Below, one piece after another: positions 1-9,620 of a DNA stretch of 64,000 bases. A program made the position numbers and the translations under genes. A model generated the notes under the pieces. It saw only the letters and a program-made list of their open reading frames with translations, had not been told where the DNA came from and did not search any database. The stretch covers positions 8,378 to 72,377 of the forward strand of contig JANRLW010000071.1 of NCBI GenBank assembly GCA_033762295.1. Reading direction: 5' to 3'. Source of the stretch: Capsulimonadales bacterium (GTDB lineage Bacteria; Armatimonadota; Armatimonadia; Armatimonadales; Armatimonadaceae). Position 1 is the first letter of the stretch, and every line of letters begins with the position of its first letter.

Positions 1-1875
1 AACGGCGAATACGCCTATGTGCTGACCTCGCGGCAGATGGGCAAATCCTCCCTGATGCTACGCGTGACGAACCGCCTGCGGGAGGAAGGCATCGCCGTCG
101 TTCTGCTTGACCTCACCCGATTCGGCGCGCACAATATCAGCCCGGACCAGTGGTATGCGGGCATGCTCTCCGAGATCGGGCGCGCGCTGGACCTGCGGTC
201 GCCGGTTCTTGCCTACTGGAAACAGGAGAACGCGCTGCCCGCCGCACAGCGTTTCTTCGGCGCTCTGACCGACATCCTCCTTCGAAAAATGTCCGGTCCG
301 CTGGTGCTTTTCTTCGATGAGGTGGATGTCGTCCGCTCCCTCCCTTTCTGCGCGGACGAATTTTTCGCCGGAATCCGAGAGTGCTACAACCGTCGAACCG
401 AGGACCCGGAGATGTGCCGCCTGATCTTCGGCCTGTTCGGCGTCGCCGCCCCCTCGCAGCTGATTCAGGACTCCCGGATGACCCCGTTCAATATCGGGGT
501 TCGGGTGGAACTCGGCGACTTTACCTTCCCGGATGCGCTCGTACTGGCCGAAGGACTCGGGCCGAACGGTCAGGAGCAATTGAAGCGTGTGTTCCACTGG
601 ACCGCCGGCCATCCCTATCTCACTCTGAAACTGTGCCGCGCACTCGCCGACGATCCCACTGCCCACCGACCGTCCGATGTCGACCGCCTGGCCCACCGGC
701 TGTACTTCACGCCCGCCTCGCGGGAGACCGACGATAACCTTCTGTTCGTGCGTCGCTGGCTGCTCGATGGCGGCGCGGATGTCGCTACCCTGCTCGATCT
801 GTACCGACGCGTCCGCGAGGGCAAACGGATCGAAAACGACAGCGCGAACCCGTTGATCGAGATCCTCCGGCTCTCCGGCATCGTCGCGCCCGGGGAGCGG
901 CATCTCATGGTGCGGAACCGGATCTACCAGCGTGTCTTCGACCCGGAATGGATCGTCGACCACATGCCGGACGCCGAACTGCGACGGCAGAAAGCGGCGT
1001 TTCGCCGGGGTGTGGCGCGTACGGCCTGGGTGAGCGGATCGGTCGCTCTGGCGCTGGGCTGTCTGTCGGTCTACGCTTTCTCCGAGAAATCCCGCGCCGA
1101 CCGTATGACGGCGGAAGCGCAGGCGGAGGCGCAAACCGCCCACGCACGGGAGAAACAGGCGGTCCGTCTGGCCGCCCAGGTCACCGACCTCGCCCGTCAG
1201 CTTTCCCGCAGTCAGGCATCCGCGAAGGAGGCCGCCGCCCTTCGTCGTCGCCTGGAGAAACTGACGGCGACACCGACACCGGCACCGACACCGTCTCCGG
1301 TGGTCGCCGTCACGCCCCCCACTCCCTCGCCGACGCCCCGGGTCGTCGCCGCCGTTACCCGGCCCCGGCCAACGCCCACGCCGCACCCACTCGTTCGTCT
1401 GTCGGCCGTTCGATCGCTTCCCCGACCGACACCGACGCCGGCCCCCGCCCCGATCCCCTCCGCTTCGGAATCGCCCCGGGAAACGCCGACCCCGGCGCCC
1501 TCGACGACCGACGACCCGCTCCCTTCGTCCGGTATCGCCCCCTCTCACCCGGCGCTGGTGGCGCAGCCGGATACTCCCGCCGAGTTGATCCGTCGCCCAC
1601 CGATGATCCTGCCCCCCCGGCTTCAGCGGATGGTCTACCGGGGGAACGCCACCTTCAACGTGACGGTCGGCCCCGGAGGGAAACATCTGGCGGTGCTGAC
1701 GCAGGGAACCGATCTTCCGGCACTGGATCGTTACCTGAAATACTACATGTCGCTGACCCGGTGGAAAGCGGCAACCCTGAACGGCAAACCGGTCCCCACC
1801 CGGGTGGAGTTCACGCTGCCGATCGACCTGCCCCGCCGTCCGCGCACCGGCAGCGCACCGGAACCCGCCCCCTGA
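1..1875 (+). CDS. AAA-like (AAA_35-type P-loop) NTPase with TM helix, Pro-rich linker and TonB C-terminal-like domain; 5'-truncated by window edge
   Basis: Frame open from base 1. Walker A-like SRQMGKSS, Walker B LVLFFDEVD, TPFNIG and WTAGHPYL motifs. Hydrophobic TAWVSGSVALALGCLSVYAF, PT-rich stretch, C-terminal ATFNVTVGPGG...LD...WKAATLNGKPV. Confidence 0.75.
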   Translation, partial: NGEYAYVLTSRQMGKSSLMLRVTNRLREEGIAVVLLDLTRFGAHNISPDQWYAGMLSEIGRALDLRSPVLAYWKQENALPAAQRFFGALTDILLRKMSGPLVLFFDEVDVVRSLPFCADEFFAGIRECYNRRTEDPEMCRLIFGLFGVAAPSQLIQDSRMTPFNIGVRVELGDFTFPDALVLAEGLGPNGQEQLKRVFHWTAGHPYLTLKLCRALADDPTAHRPSDVDRLAHRLYFTPASRETDDNLLFVRRWLLDGGADVATLLDLYRRVREGKRIENDSANPLIEILRLSGIVAPGERHLMVRNRIYQRVFDPEWIVDHMPDAELRRQKAAFRRGVARTAWVSGSVALALGCLSVYAFSEKSRADRMTAEAQAEAQTAHAREKQAVRLAAQVTDLARQLSRSQASAKEAAALRRRLEKLTATPTPAPTPSPVVAVTPPTPSPTPRVVAAVTRPRPTPTPHPLVRLSAVRSLPRPTPTPAPAPIPSASESPRETPTPAPSTTDDPLPSSGIAPSHPALVAQPDTPAELIRRPPMILPPRLQRMVYRGNATFNVTVGPGGKHLAVLTQGTDLPALDRYLKYYMSLTRWKAATLNGKPVPTRVEFTLPIDLPRRPRTGSAPEPAP

Positions 1876-1924
1876 CCGGACCGCCGTTCGGCCGCATCGT
1901 CGCCGTTCGTGGTTTAATTTCCTT

Positions 1925-3256
1925 ATGCTGCCCGTACTCCGGACCCCGATCCCGGGGCCTCGTTCTCGCGCTCTCGCCCGGGAACTCCCTTCGGTGGAAA
2001 ATCCGAATATCACCTACCTTGCGCCCGATGGCGGCTTCCCCGTCTTCTGGGAGTCGGCGACCGGCTGTCTGGTCACCGATGTCGACGGCAATACGTTCCT
2101 CGACCTGACCGCGGCGTTCGGGGTGGCGTCGATCGGGCATTCCCACCCGCGCGTCGTCCATGCGATACGCGAGCAGGCCGGGAGATTGATCCACGGGATG
2201 GGGGACGTTCACCCCACGGCGGTCAAGGTGGAACTGGCGAAGCGAATCGCCGAACGGACTCCCGGCGACCTGTCCGGAGTGATCTTCGGGCAGAACGGCG
2301 GGGATGCGATCGAAGCGGCGATCAAATCGGCGCGGCTCTTCACCGGCAAACCGGGCATCCTCGCCTTTGATACGGGATACCACGGCCTGACGTTCGGCGC
2401 GCTGGCGGCGACCGGCCGCCCGGATTTCAAAGCCCCGTTCTCGGGTCAGATTCCGCCCTTCGCAACCCATGTCCCGTATCCCGAACCGCGATCGTGCCGT
2501 CTCGCCTGCGGTTCCTGTACCCGAAGTTGCCTGCGTTTTGTCGAGGAGGCGCTGGCGGCGGGCCATATCGGCGCGGTGCTGGCCGAACCGATCCAGGGGC
2601 GCGGCGGCATCATCGTCCCGCCGGACGGGTGGCTCGCCGAACTCCATCGTCTCTGCCGACGCCATGACGCCCTTTTGATCCTGGATGAGATCTTCACCGG
2701 ATGGGGCCGGACCGGCGAATGGTTCGCCTGTCAGCGGGACGGCGTCGTTCCGGACATTCTCTGTGTCGGTAAGGCGATGGGCGGTGGGTTTCCGATCTCC
2801 GCCTGTGTCGCCCGACCGGAGATCACCGCCGCCTGGGGCAAATCGACCGGCGAGGCGCTCCATACATCGACCTTTCTCGGCAATCCTCTCGGCTGCGCCG
2901 CGGCGCTGGCCGCCCTTTCCGTTCTCGAGGAGGAGAACCTTCCCGAACGCGCCCGGACCGTCGGCGCGTATTTCCGGCGTCGCCTGGAGGACCTGGCGGA
3001 ACGTTTCCCGGAACGCATCGTCGAAGTGAGGGGACGCGGGCTGATGCTGGGCCTGCGCTTCGATGGTCGGGAAACGGCGCTCTCACTGGTTGCCGACCTT
3101 CTGCGACGCGGGCTGATCGTGCTCCCGGCAGGTCCGGGGGATATACTGGAGTTCGTACCGCCGCTGGTGATCGAAACACAGCAAATCGACTTCGCGGTCG
3201 CCCGCATAGAGGACGCTCTTCGGGATACCGTACCCGAAAGGATATTCGTGCCATGA
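1925..3256 (+). CDS. class III PLP-dependent aminotransferase (GabT/ArgD-like)
   Basis: DVDGNTFLD, YHG, AEPIQGRGG, LILDEIFTGWGRTG, PDILCVGKAMGGG (PLP lysine), STFLGNP. Confidence 0.92.
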   Translation: MLPVLRTPIPGPRSRALARELPSVENPNITYLAPDGGFPVFWESATGCLVTDVDGNTFLDLTAAFGVASIGHSHPRVVHAIREQAGRLIHGMGDVHPTAVKVELAKRIAERTPGDLSGVIFGQNGGDAIEAAIKSARLFTGKPGILAFDTGYHGLTFGALAATGRPDFKAPFSGQIPPFATHVPYPEPRSCRLACGSCTRSCLRFVEEALAAGHIGAVLAEPIQGRGGIIVPPDGWLAELHRLCRRHDALLILDEIFTGWGRTGEWFACQRDGVVPDILCVGKAMGGGFPISACVARPEITAAWGKSTGEALHTSTFLGNPLGCAAALAALSVLEEENLPERARTVGAYFRRRLEDLAERFPERIVEVRGRGLMLGLRFDGRETALSLVADLLRRGLIVLPAGPGDILEFVPPLVIETQQIDFAVARIEDALRDTVPERIFVP

Positions 3257-4197
3257 CTTCCCGCTATTCGCCGGCGACCGCCGTCATCGGTCTGCTTTGC
3301 CTGTCTTCGCTGGCGCTCGCTCAGGAACCGACCGAAGCGCCGAAGCAGGACGCTCCGAAACCGGACCCGGCCACCGTCGCTCCCCCCCTGCCTTCCGGTC
3401 CCCCCGCTCCTCCGGAAAAGAAGATCGATGCGGACGCCAAAAAGGCGCTCGACGAGATGGTGAAGACCTACCAGGACCTCAAATCGCTGTCCGGAAAGAT
3501 GGCGTTCACCGTCGATCGCGGCACGGATAAACAGTCCTCTTCGACCGTCTTTACGCTGGCACGGCCGAACAAGGTCAGTATCGTCGCCACCGTCCCGAAT
3601 CCCCGCGATCCGAAGGGCGCGCCGGTGAAGCGGACCATCGTCTCCGACGGGCAACAGTTCTTCGGTTTCAGCTCCGATCAGCCCAAATCCTATTACAAGG
3701 ACAAGGCCCTGCCCGAGCCGGACAACATCGCACGGGGAATGACGTTCAGCGGTGGAGCCGGGTCCGGGTTGATGCCGCTGCTCCTGACCGATCCGAAGGC
3801 CGCCGATAAGGTGCTTGGCCCTTCGGTCATTCTGGTCGAGTTCGGACCTGACGAAAAGGTGGACAATGTGGACAGCCGGGTGATCAATGCGACCCTCCAT
3901 GAAAACGCGCCCACCGGATCGAACGCCAACGATATTCTTCTCTCGTTCGCCGTCGGTAAGGAGGACAGCCTGCTCCGACGCGTCACCGTCACGGCCAAAA
4001 TGCCGCAGGGAAGCCTGACGATGACGGAATCCTATTCCGAACTCAAGGTGAACGGGGACCTGGCGGCGAACACCTTTGCCTTTACCCCGCCCGCCGGCGC
4101 AAAGGCGGAGGGGCCGGGAATCGCTCCCCCGGCGCCCGCCCCGAAAAAGGACGGCGCGAAGCCCGCTCCCGGTAAGAAGGGCAACGCCAAACCCTGA
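3253..4197 (+). CDS. exported LolA-fold / DUF2092-like protein
   Basis: Signal peptide ending ALA|QE, LARPNK, TIVSDG, AFTPPAGAK. ATGA overlap with the upstream gene. Confidence 0.7.
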   Translation: MTSRYSPATAVIGLLCLSSLALAQEPTEAPKQDAPKPDPATVAPPLPSGPPAPPEKKIDADAKKALDEMVKTYQDLKSLSGKMAFTVDRGTDKQSSSTVFTLARPNKVSIVATVPNPRDPKGAPVKRTIVSDGQQFFGFSSDQPKSYYKDKALPEPDNIARGMTFSGGAGSGLMPLLLTDPKAADKVLGPSVILVEFGPDEKVDNVDSRVINATLHENAPTGSNANDILLSFAVGKEDSLLRRVTVTAKMPQGSLTMTESYSELKVNGDLAANTFAFTPPAGAKAEGPGIAPPAPAPKKDGAKPAPGKKGNAKP

Positions 4198-4209
4198 TCG
4201 GCGCGCCGA

Positions 4210-5349
4210 ATGTCGGTCAACGAACTTTACGTCGCCGGATACCGCTCGGTGCGGGAGATACGACTGCCGCTGACCCGTTTGAACGTCCTGACCGGACCGA
4301 ACGGGTGCGGCAAGTCGAACCTGCACCGGGCCCTTTACCTCCTCCACATGGCCGCGACCGGACGGTTCGCGCCCACGCTCGCCGAGGAGGGCGGCATGCC
4401 GTCCGTCCTCTGGGCCGGCTCCCGTAAAAAAGGTCCGGTTCGCCTGACGCTCCGCGCGGAATTCCGGGAGGGGATCGCTTACGAAATGGTTTGCGGCCTG
4501 CCCGAAGCGAACGATCTCCCCGGTTCGGTCAGGCTGGACCCCCTTTATCCGGGACAGGAAACAACGACCGCCTTTTGCCTCGACCCTCTGTTCAAGGAGG
4601 AGACACTCGCCTTTCGTGAGGGTCGGACCGCCGTTACGCTGATGGAACGGGGGAAAAGCGGCGTTCACCTCCGCGATAACGACGGCCGACGCGTCTCCCT
4701 TCCGATGAGTCTCGCTCGCAGCGAGTCGGTCCTGACGCAGATCGCGGACCCCTATCGCTTCCCCCATTTGAGCGGCTTGCGGGATCGGCTCGCCGGATGG
4801 CGTTTCTATCACGCTTTTCGCACCGATATGGCCGCCCCGTTGCGTCAGCCGCAGGTCGGCGTGTTCACTCCCGTTCTTTCGCACGACGGGACCGACCTGG
4901 CCGCCGCGCTCCAGACGATCCGGGAGATCGGAGACGCCGACGGACTGGACGAAAGCATTCGGGACGGACTGAACGCGAAACTGGAAATCGCGGCGGAAGA
5001 GGGGCGATTCCGCCTTCGTCTCCGAACCGCCGGACTTCTCCGACCGATGGAGGCATGGGAGCTTTCGGACGGCACCCTTCGTTACCTTTGCCTGCTCGCC
5101 GCCCTCCTGTCGCCGCGCCCGCCCGCTCTTCTCGCTTTGAACGAACCGGAAATGAGCCTGCACCCCGACCTGTTGCTACCGCTTGCCAACCGGATCGTCG
5201 ATGCCTCCCACACCTCGCAGATCTGGCTGGCGACGCATTCACGCCCACTGGCCGAGGCCATTTCCCACGCCTCCGGCCTTCCCTCCGTCACGCTGGAAAA
5301 GGTCAAGGGCGAGACCCGCGTCGCTCTCCCGGTTACTCTCCCAGAATGA
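4210..5349 (+). CDS. predicted ABC/RecF-like ATPase (COG4637-type)
   Basis: GYRS, Walker A GPNGCGKS, LSDGT signature, LNEPEMSLHP, ATHS. Confidence 0.85.
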   Translation: MSVNELYVAGYRSVREIRLPLTRLNVLTGPNGCGKSNLHRALYLLHMAATGRFAPTLAEEGGMPSVLWAGSRKKGPVRLTLRAEFREGIAYEMVCGLPEANDLPGSVRLDPLYPGQETTTAFCLDPLFKEETLAFREGRTAVTLMERGKSGVHLRDNDGRRVSLPMSLARSESVLTQIADPYRFPHLSGLRDRLAGWRFYHAFRTDMAAPLRQPQVGVFTPVLSHDGTDLAAALQTIREIGDADGLDESIRDGLNAKLEIAAEEGRFRLRLRTAGLLRPMEAWELSDGTLRYLCLLAALLSPRPPALLALNEPEMSLHPDLLLPLANRIVDASHTSQIWLATHSRPLAEAISHASGLPSVTLEKVKGETRVALPVTLPE

Positions 5350-7678
5350 CGGAGTGCTGCCCACCGCCGAAAAACGGCCTGGTTTCGTTCCGCCAGGTAA
5401 GGAAGACGTCGATACCGTCCGGCACGGCGAACTCGGCGTTCAAACGATCGCCGTCCCGGCGATAGGCCACCTGAATGCGTCCGCGCGGATGCGGCATACT
5501 TCCCGAAGCCTTGGTCAGCGAACCGAGGTGCGGACGCAGTTCCACCCCGACGAACCCCGGTCCGTACGGCAGGATGCCCAGCACGGTCGCCAGAAACTCG
5601 TAGTTCGGGGAGGCGCTCCAGGCATGGCAGTCGGAGCGCGTCGGCTCCGGGTTCTCCGCCCAGGTCGACAGACCCATCACCAGCATGTCGCGCCATGGTC
5701 CGAGCGTTTCCGGATACCGGTCCCCGAGTCCCGCTTTGACCAGCGCGCGATTCAGGTAGAAGCGGAAATAGAAGGTCGCCTGCGGCATGTCCGGATCGGA
5801 CAGCACCCGCTCCATCACCCGTCGGCGGTGGTTCTTCGGCACGACGTCGGTCAGGATCGCGAGAATCGACGAATGTTGTGAATAGGAGGTCTTCGCCGGA
5901 GTGTCGGCGACCCGACCCTCCTTTGCCTCGTAACAGCGCGTCCGCACCGCCTTCACCATTCGCTCTCGCAGCCGTCGGTATCGGGTCATTTCGTCGGAAG
6001 GTCCGGCGACCGCCGCCACAAGTTCGGCCGCCTCGAGCGCCAGCGCGAGTTGAAGCGTCATAAACGCCGAGCCGCCCTCCTTCGCTCCGGGCGGGGTGCC
6101 GAACCGCCATCCACGGGTCCAGTCACCGAAACACCACCACTCCAGTTCCCCGAGAAGTCCGGTCTGCGGATCGACCCGATCAAGAAACCAGCCGAGAACG
6201 GAGCGGATTCCCGGCATCATCGAACGCAGAAAGTCGGTTTCGTCGGGCACCAGCAGGGCGTAGTCGGCCACCATGCAGACCCACCAGAGCGAGAACGGCG
6301 CGATAATCTGCGGAATACGGGACGGATACCGGCTATGTGTCAGGCCATCCGGCAGCCGGGAATCGAACATCTGCGACAGTGCGTTCCGGAACAGGCGGGA
6401 ATCGCCGGTCACATACTGAGTCACCAGCGCCTGAATCCGGGTATCGCCGACGTACTGAAGCTGTTCGTAGTACGGGCAGTCCATATACGTCTCATGGGTA
6501 CAGCGACGAATGGTCCGCCAGCCGACCTCCCATATCCGGTCGACGTCCGGCAGTTCCGGCGCGACGAATTTCGCCTTCTCCTCCCACGGATACCCGGTGA
6601 CGATCGCCCGAATCCCCTCGATCGTCAGGGGGGCGTCCGCCGTCTCGACGGTCAGTTCGGCATAGCGATAGGTTTTCCACCAGAGGGGTCGCAGCAGACG
6701 ATCGTCTCCGTCGGCGATCCAGTAGTCGGCATACCCCAGGAGAACGCGGCCCTCCGTTTCGTTCCGGTCGCCTTTTCGCCCGAGTTCCCACGGTTTCGCA
6801 TCGGCGGGCAACAGCGATTCGGCATAGGCAAGGCGGAGCTTCGCCCCGTTCCCCTCTCGAATCCGTATCTCCGGAAAGGCGCACGTGAGATGCCCTTTAT
6901 CGAAGAGAAGACGGACGGTACGGTGGGCGGGTATAAAATACCGATTCTCCCCGGTCGACGCCTCGCCGTCGATCCGCACGATCCGTCCGAAGGGTTCCGG
7001 TATCTCCTCCATCATCGGGATCGACCGCGGGACGAGCCACCAGTTGGTTTCCCCGTCTTCCAATCCGTAGGGTGCGGAGTACGACCGGTTGACCCGCTCG
7101 GTCGTCGGCCAGTCCGCGACGTCAAATCCGGGCGAGTCCCACCCGTACGGGAACCGCCGGCAGTCCAGAATCTCCGACGGCCCGACGGAACAGTAGGTGG
7201 ACAGCGCGCGCATATCCTCGAGGGAAAAGGTGAAGGCATCGCAACGATGGACCCGCCACTCCTCCGGCGTGTTGACGGCGGATTCCGCTTCCGTATCTCC
7301 CTGAACGACCAGAGCGGCTTCCCAGGTGATCTGCGCGAGCGGAGCGACGGCGGTGTCCATGAAATGGACCTGCACCGCCAGCACGTTCTCACCCGTCCGA
7401 AGAAACGGGGCGATATCCACGGACTCGAACCGCCAGTGGTACAGATCGCCGCGCGCCGGTCCCCAGGCAATCGGCTGTCCGTTGACCAGCAACCGATACC
7501 GCTGATCGGCGGATAGATGCAGGAGAAACCGCTCGGGGACGGTTTCAAAATGCAGGCTCTTTCGAAAAAGAAAGACAGCGGACGACGTATGCGGCCCGCC
7601 GGGGTATCGGCACCAGGCCGCCGGCCACCGCTGTGACAGCAATTGAACGTTTCCCGGAAAATCAGGTATTTTTCGCAC
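5333..7678 (-). CDS. alpha-L-rhamnosidase (GH78)
   Basis: SADQRY, YMDCPYYEQLQYVGD, TWAE...RSDCHAWSA. Start placed at GTG 7678 behind GGGGA (uncertain). No signal peptide seen. Confidence 0.88.
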   Translation of the reverse strand: MRKIPDFPGNVQLLSQRWPAAWCRYPGGPHTSSAVFLFRKSLHFETVPERFLLHLSADQRYRLLVNGQPIAWGPARGDLYHWRFESVDIAPFLRTGENVLAVQVHFMDTAVAPLAQITWEAALVVQGDTEAESAVNTPEEWRVHRCDAFTFSLEDMRALSTYCSVGPSEILDCRRFPYGWDSPGFDVADWPTTERVNRSYSAPYGLEDGETNWWLVPRSIPMMEEIPEPFGRIVRIDGEASTGENRYFIPAHRTVRLLFDKGHLTCAFPEIRIREGNGAKLRLAYAESLLPADAKPWELGRKGDRNETEGRVLLGYADYWIADGDDRLLRPLWWKTYRYAELTVETADAPLTIEGIRAIVTGYPWEEKAKFVAPELPDVDRIWEVGWRTIRRCTHETYMDCPYYEQLQYVGDTRIQALVTQYVTGDSRLFRNALSQMFDSRLPDGLTHSRYPSRIPQIIAPFSLWWVCMVADYALLVPDETDFLRSMMPGIRSVLGWFLDRVDPQTGLLGELEWWCFGDWTRGWRFGTPPGAKEGGSAFMTLQLALALEAAELVAAVAGPSDEMTRYRRLRERMVKAVRTRCYEAKEGRVADTPAKTSYSQHSSILAILTDVVPKNHRRRVMERVLSDPDMPQATFYFRFYLNRALVKAGLGDRYPETLGPWRDMLVMGLSTWAENPEPTRSDCHAWSASPNYEFLATVLGILPYGPGFVGVELRPHLGSLTKASGSMPHPRGRIQVAYRRDGDRLNAEFAVPDGIDVFLTWRNETRPFFGGGQHSVILGE

Positions 7679-7831
7679 TGCAGTTCCCCCAAAAAACCCG
7701 CAACGATGCCCACTAATTTCCGTCATACTTCGCGAAAGCGGTTGTATACTGGAAAAGGTAACCAGGCAAACACTTTCGATTATCGATTTGTGGCGTCGAG
7801 GCCGCATCGCGCGGGGACAAGTATAGCGGTC

Positions 7832-8047
7832 ATGTCTACACGATCTACAGGCTTATTGATGCGCCCGTCGGCCTATCGCGCACCGGACGAACATGGAAGC
7901 AGTCGACGCGCTTCCTTTCTTCCGGCGTCCCGACCCACGGCACGCCCGGTTCTCCCCGACAGCGAGACCGATCAACTTCTCCGCCGCTCCCATGCGCTGG
8001 TGGAACAGCTGCGCCGTGCGGTGGAGGCCCGCCGTAATCTCCTCTGA
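7832..8047 (+). CDS. small hypothetical protein (71 aa)
   Basis: ATG after GGGGA, fills the gap between two minus-strand genes, ends in an amphipathic helix (DQLLRRSHALVEQLRRAVE). Confidence 0.4.
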   Translation: MSTRSTGLLMRPSAYRAPDEHGSSRRASFLPASRPTARPVLPDSETDQLLRRSHALVEQLRRAVEARRNLL

Positions 8048-8056
8048 TTTGCTTTC

Positions 8057-9568
8057 CTAAGTCCGGTCGAAATCGCCCAGACGTTCCAGCAGACGTTCGT
8101 GGCGGGTCCGCGCCTCACGGTAGATGCCATGCGCCCGGAGGTCCGGAAGGACCGTGTCCGTGATCGCCGCCATGGGGGCGTCCCCCACCGGCCCCAGTCC
8201 CAGTTTCTCCCGAAAAACCAGTGCCGCGCCGCGTGCGGACGCCTGACGTTCCGCCGAGAGACGGATCGGTTCTCCGAGAACGTCCGCGATGATCTGCGCC
8301 CAGGCGCGGGAGGACAGAAGGCCCGCGCCGGTCCCGATAATCTCCGCCGTCGGCGCGACCGGACGAAGCGCGTCCCGAAGAATCGCAAACCGGATCGCAA
8401 CCGCCTCCAGGTGCGCCCGAACGATTTCCAGCGGCGTGGTGGCCGCCGACAGGCCGTGGATCACCGCCCGGAGATCGTCCCGCCAGAGCGGCGCACGCTC
8501 TCCGGACAGGAACGGCAGCACGGTCAATCCGTGCCCGTCCGGCGGCAGGGCCGCGAGCGGCTTTTGCAATTCATCGGAGGGGAGCGGCGGCAGGAGAACC
8601 GTTTCCTTCAGCCACGACCAGACCGCCCCCCCGTTGGTCAATGCGCCGCCGAGCAGAAAGGAATCCCGGTCCAGTTGATAACGCCAGAGACCGTTCGGCA
8701 CCTGCGGCGGCGTCGCACCGGGCACCATCACGCGCATTGCCCCCGAGGTACCGATCATCAGCGCCAGTCGATCCGGGCGAACCGCGCCGCAACCCGCATT
8801 GGAACACGCGCCATCACCCAGAGCCGGCAGGAACGGGACGTCGGCCAGGGCGGGAAGCAGCGTTCGCCATTCCGGCAGAAGACCGGATACCGGCGCATCG
8901 GAGACGGGGGAGAAACGGTCGGCGGTCAATCCGGGTATCCGGGCCAGCGTCTCGTCATCCCAGCGGCCTTCCGCCTGATGGAAGAGTCCGGACGCCGAGG
9001 CCATCGAATAGGAGCACGTCACCCGATCGATTCCGAAGAGACGCGCGAAAACGTACTCTCCCGGTGACAGAAACCGGGCGCAGGCGGCGAAGGTAGCGGG
9101 TTCGGTTTCGGCCAGATGCAGCAATCGGCCCGGCAGATAGGAGGTATGGAGCGGACAACCGGTTCGTTGAACATAGGCGTCGACATCGCATCTCGCCTTC
9201 AGTCCGGCGACCTGCGCCGAGGATCGGGTGTCGGACCAGACCAGCACCGGCGTTTGCGGTCGTCCCGCGGCATCCGTTCCCAGAACCGAGTGCCAGAGCG
9301 TCGAGACGGCGACCCCGACGATCGGTCGATCACCGACCCGCGCCAGGACCGATTGCAGACACTCGATCGCCTCACGCAACAGTCCCTCCGGATCGAGCAT
9401 CGAGCCACCGTCCGGCGTGGTCGTCGGTTCGTGGGTCACCGCATGGAAGATATCGCGAAAAGGCGTTCCATCCTCCGCCCGGAATGGGGCGGCCCGAGTG
9501 GAGGACGTGCCGATATCCAGGGTCAGAAGGAGACCATCGGCGGAATCGGAGACGGATGGCGCAGACAC
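8057..9568 (-). CDS. FGGY-family carbohydrate kinase, gluconokinase-like
   Basis: LDIGTSSTRA, WSDTRS, GDGACSN, IGTSGAMR, LPFLSGERAP. GTG start at 9568 inferred. Confidence 0.88.
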   Translation of the reverse strand: MSAPSVSDSADGLLLTLDIGTSSTRAAPFRAEDGTPFRDIFHAVTHEPTTTPDGGSMLDPEGLLREAIECLQSVLARVGDRPIVGVAVSTLWHSVLGTDAAGRPQTPVLVWSDTRSSAQVAGLKARCDVDAYVQRTGCPLHTSYLPGRLLHLAETEPATFAACARFLSPGEYVFARLFGIDRVTCSYSMASASGLFHQAEGRWDDETLARIPGLTADRFSPVSDAPVSGLLPEWRTLLPALADVPFLPALGDGACSNAGCGAVRPDRLALMIGTSGAMRVMVPGATPPQVPNGLWRYQLDRDSFLLGGALTNGGAVWSWLKETVLLPPLPSDELQKPLAALPPDGHGLTVLPFLSGERAPLWRDDLRAVIHGLSAATTPLEIVRAHLEAVAIRFAILRDALRPVAPTAEIIGTGAGLLSSRAWAQIIADVLGEPIRLSAERQASARGAALVFREKLGLGPVGDAPMAAITDTVLPDLRAHGIYREARTRHERLLERLGDFDRT

Positions 9569-9620
9569 GAGTAACCATTCGCGCCGTCCGCCTCCGATTC
9601 CTACTTTCCTCAACGGAGGG

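Noticed and set aside
2731..5163. 810-aa minus-strand ORF and other long antisense ORFs (e.g. 58-2013, 14592-16508, 29975-31861, 34420-36996)
   Set aside because: They lie opposite well-supported genes, have no recognisable motifs, and are expected shadow ORFs in GC-rich DNA.
4210..5349. ABC-type ATPase as part of an anti-phage or toxin-antitoxin system
   Set aside because: No partner nuclease, TOPRIM or DUF4276-like gene is adjacent; the neighbours are unrelated.
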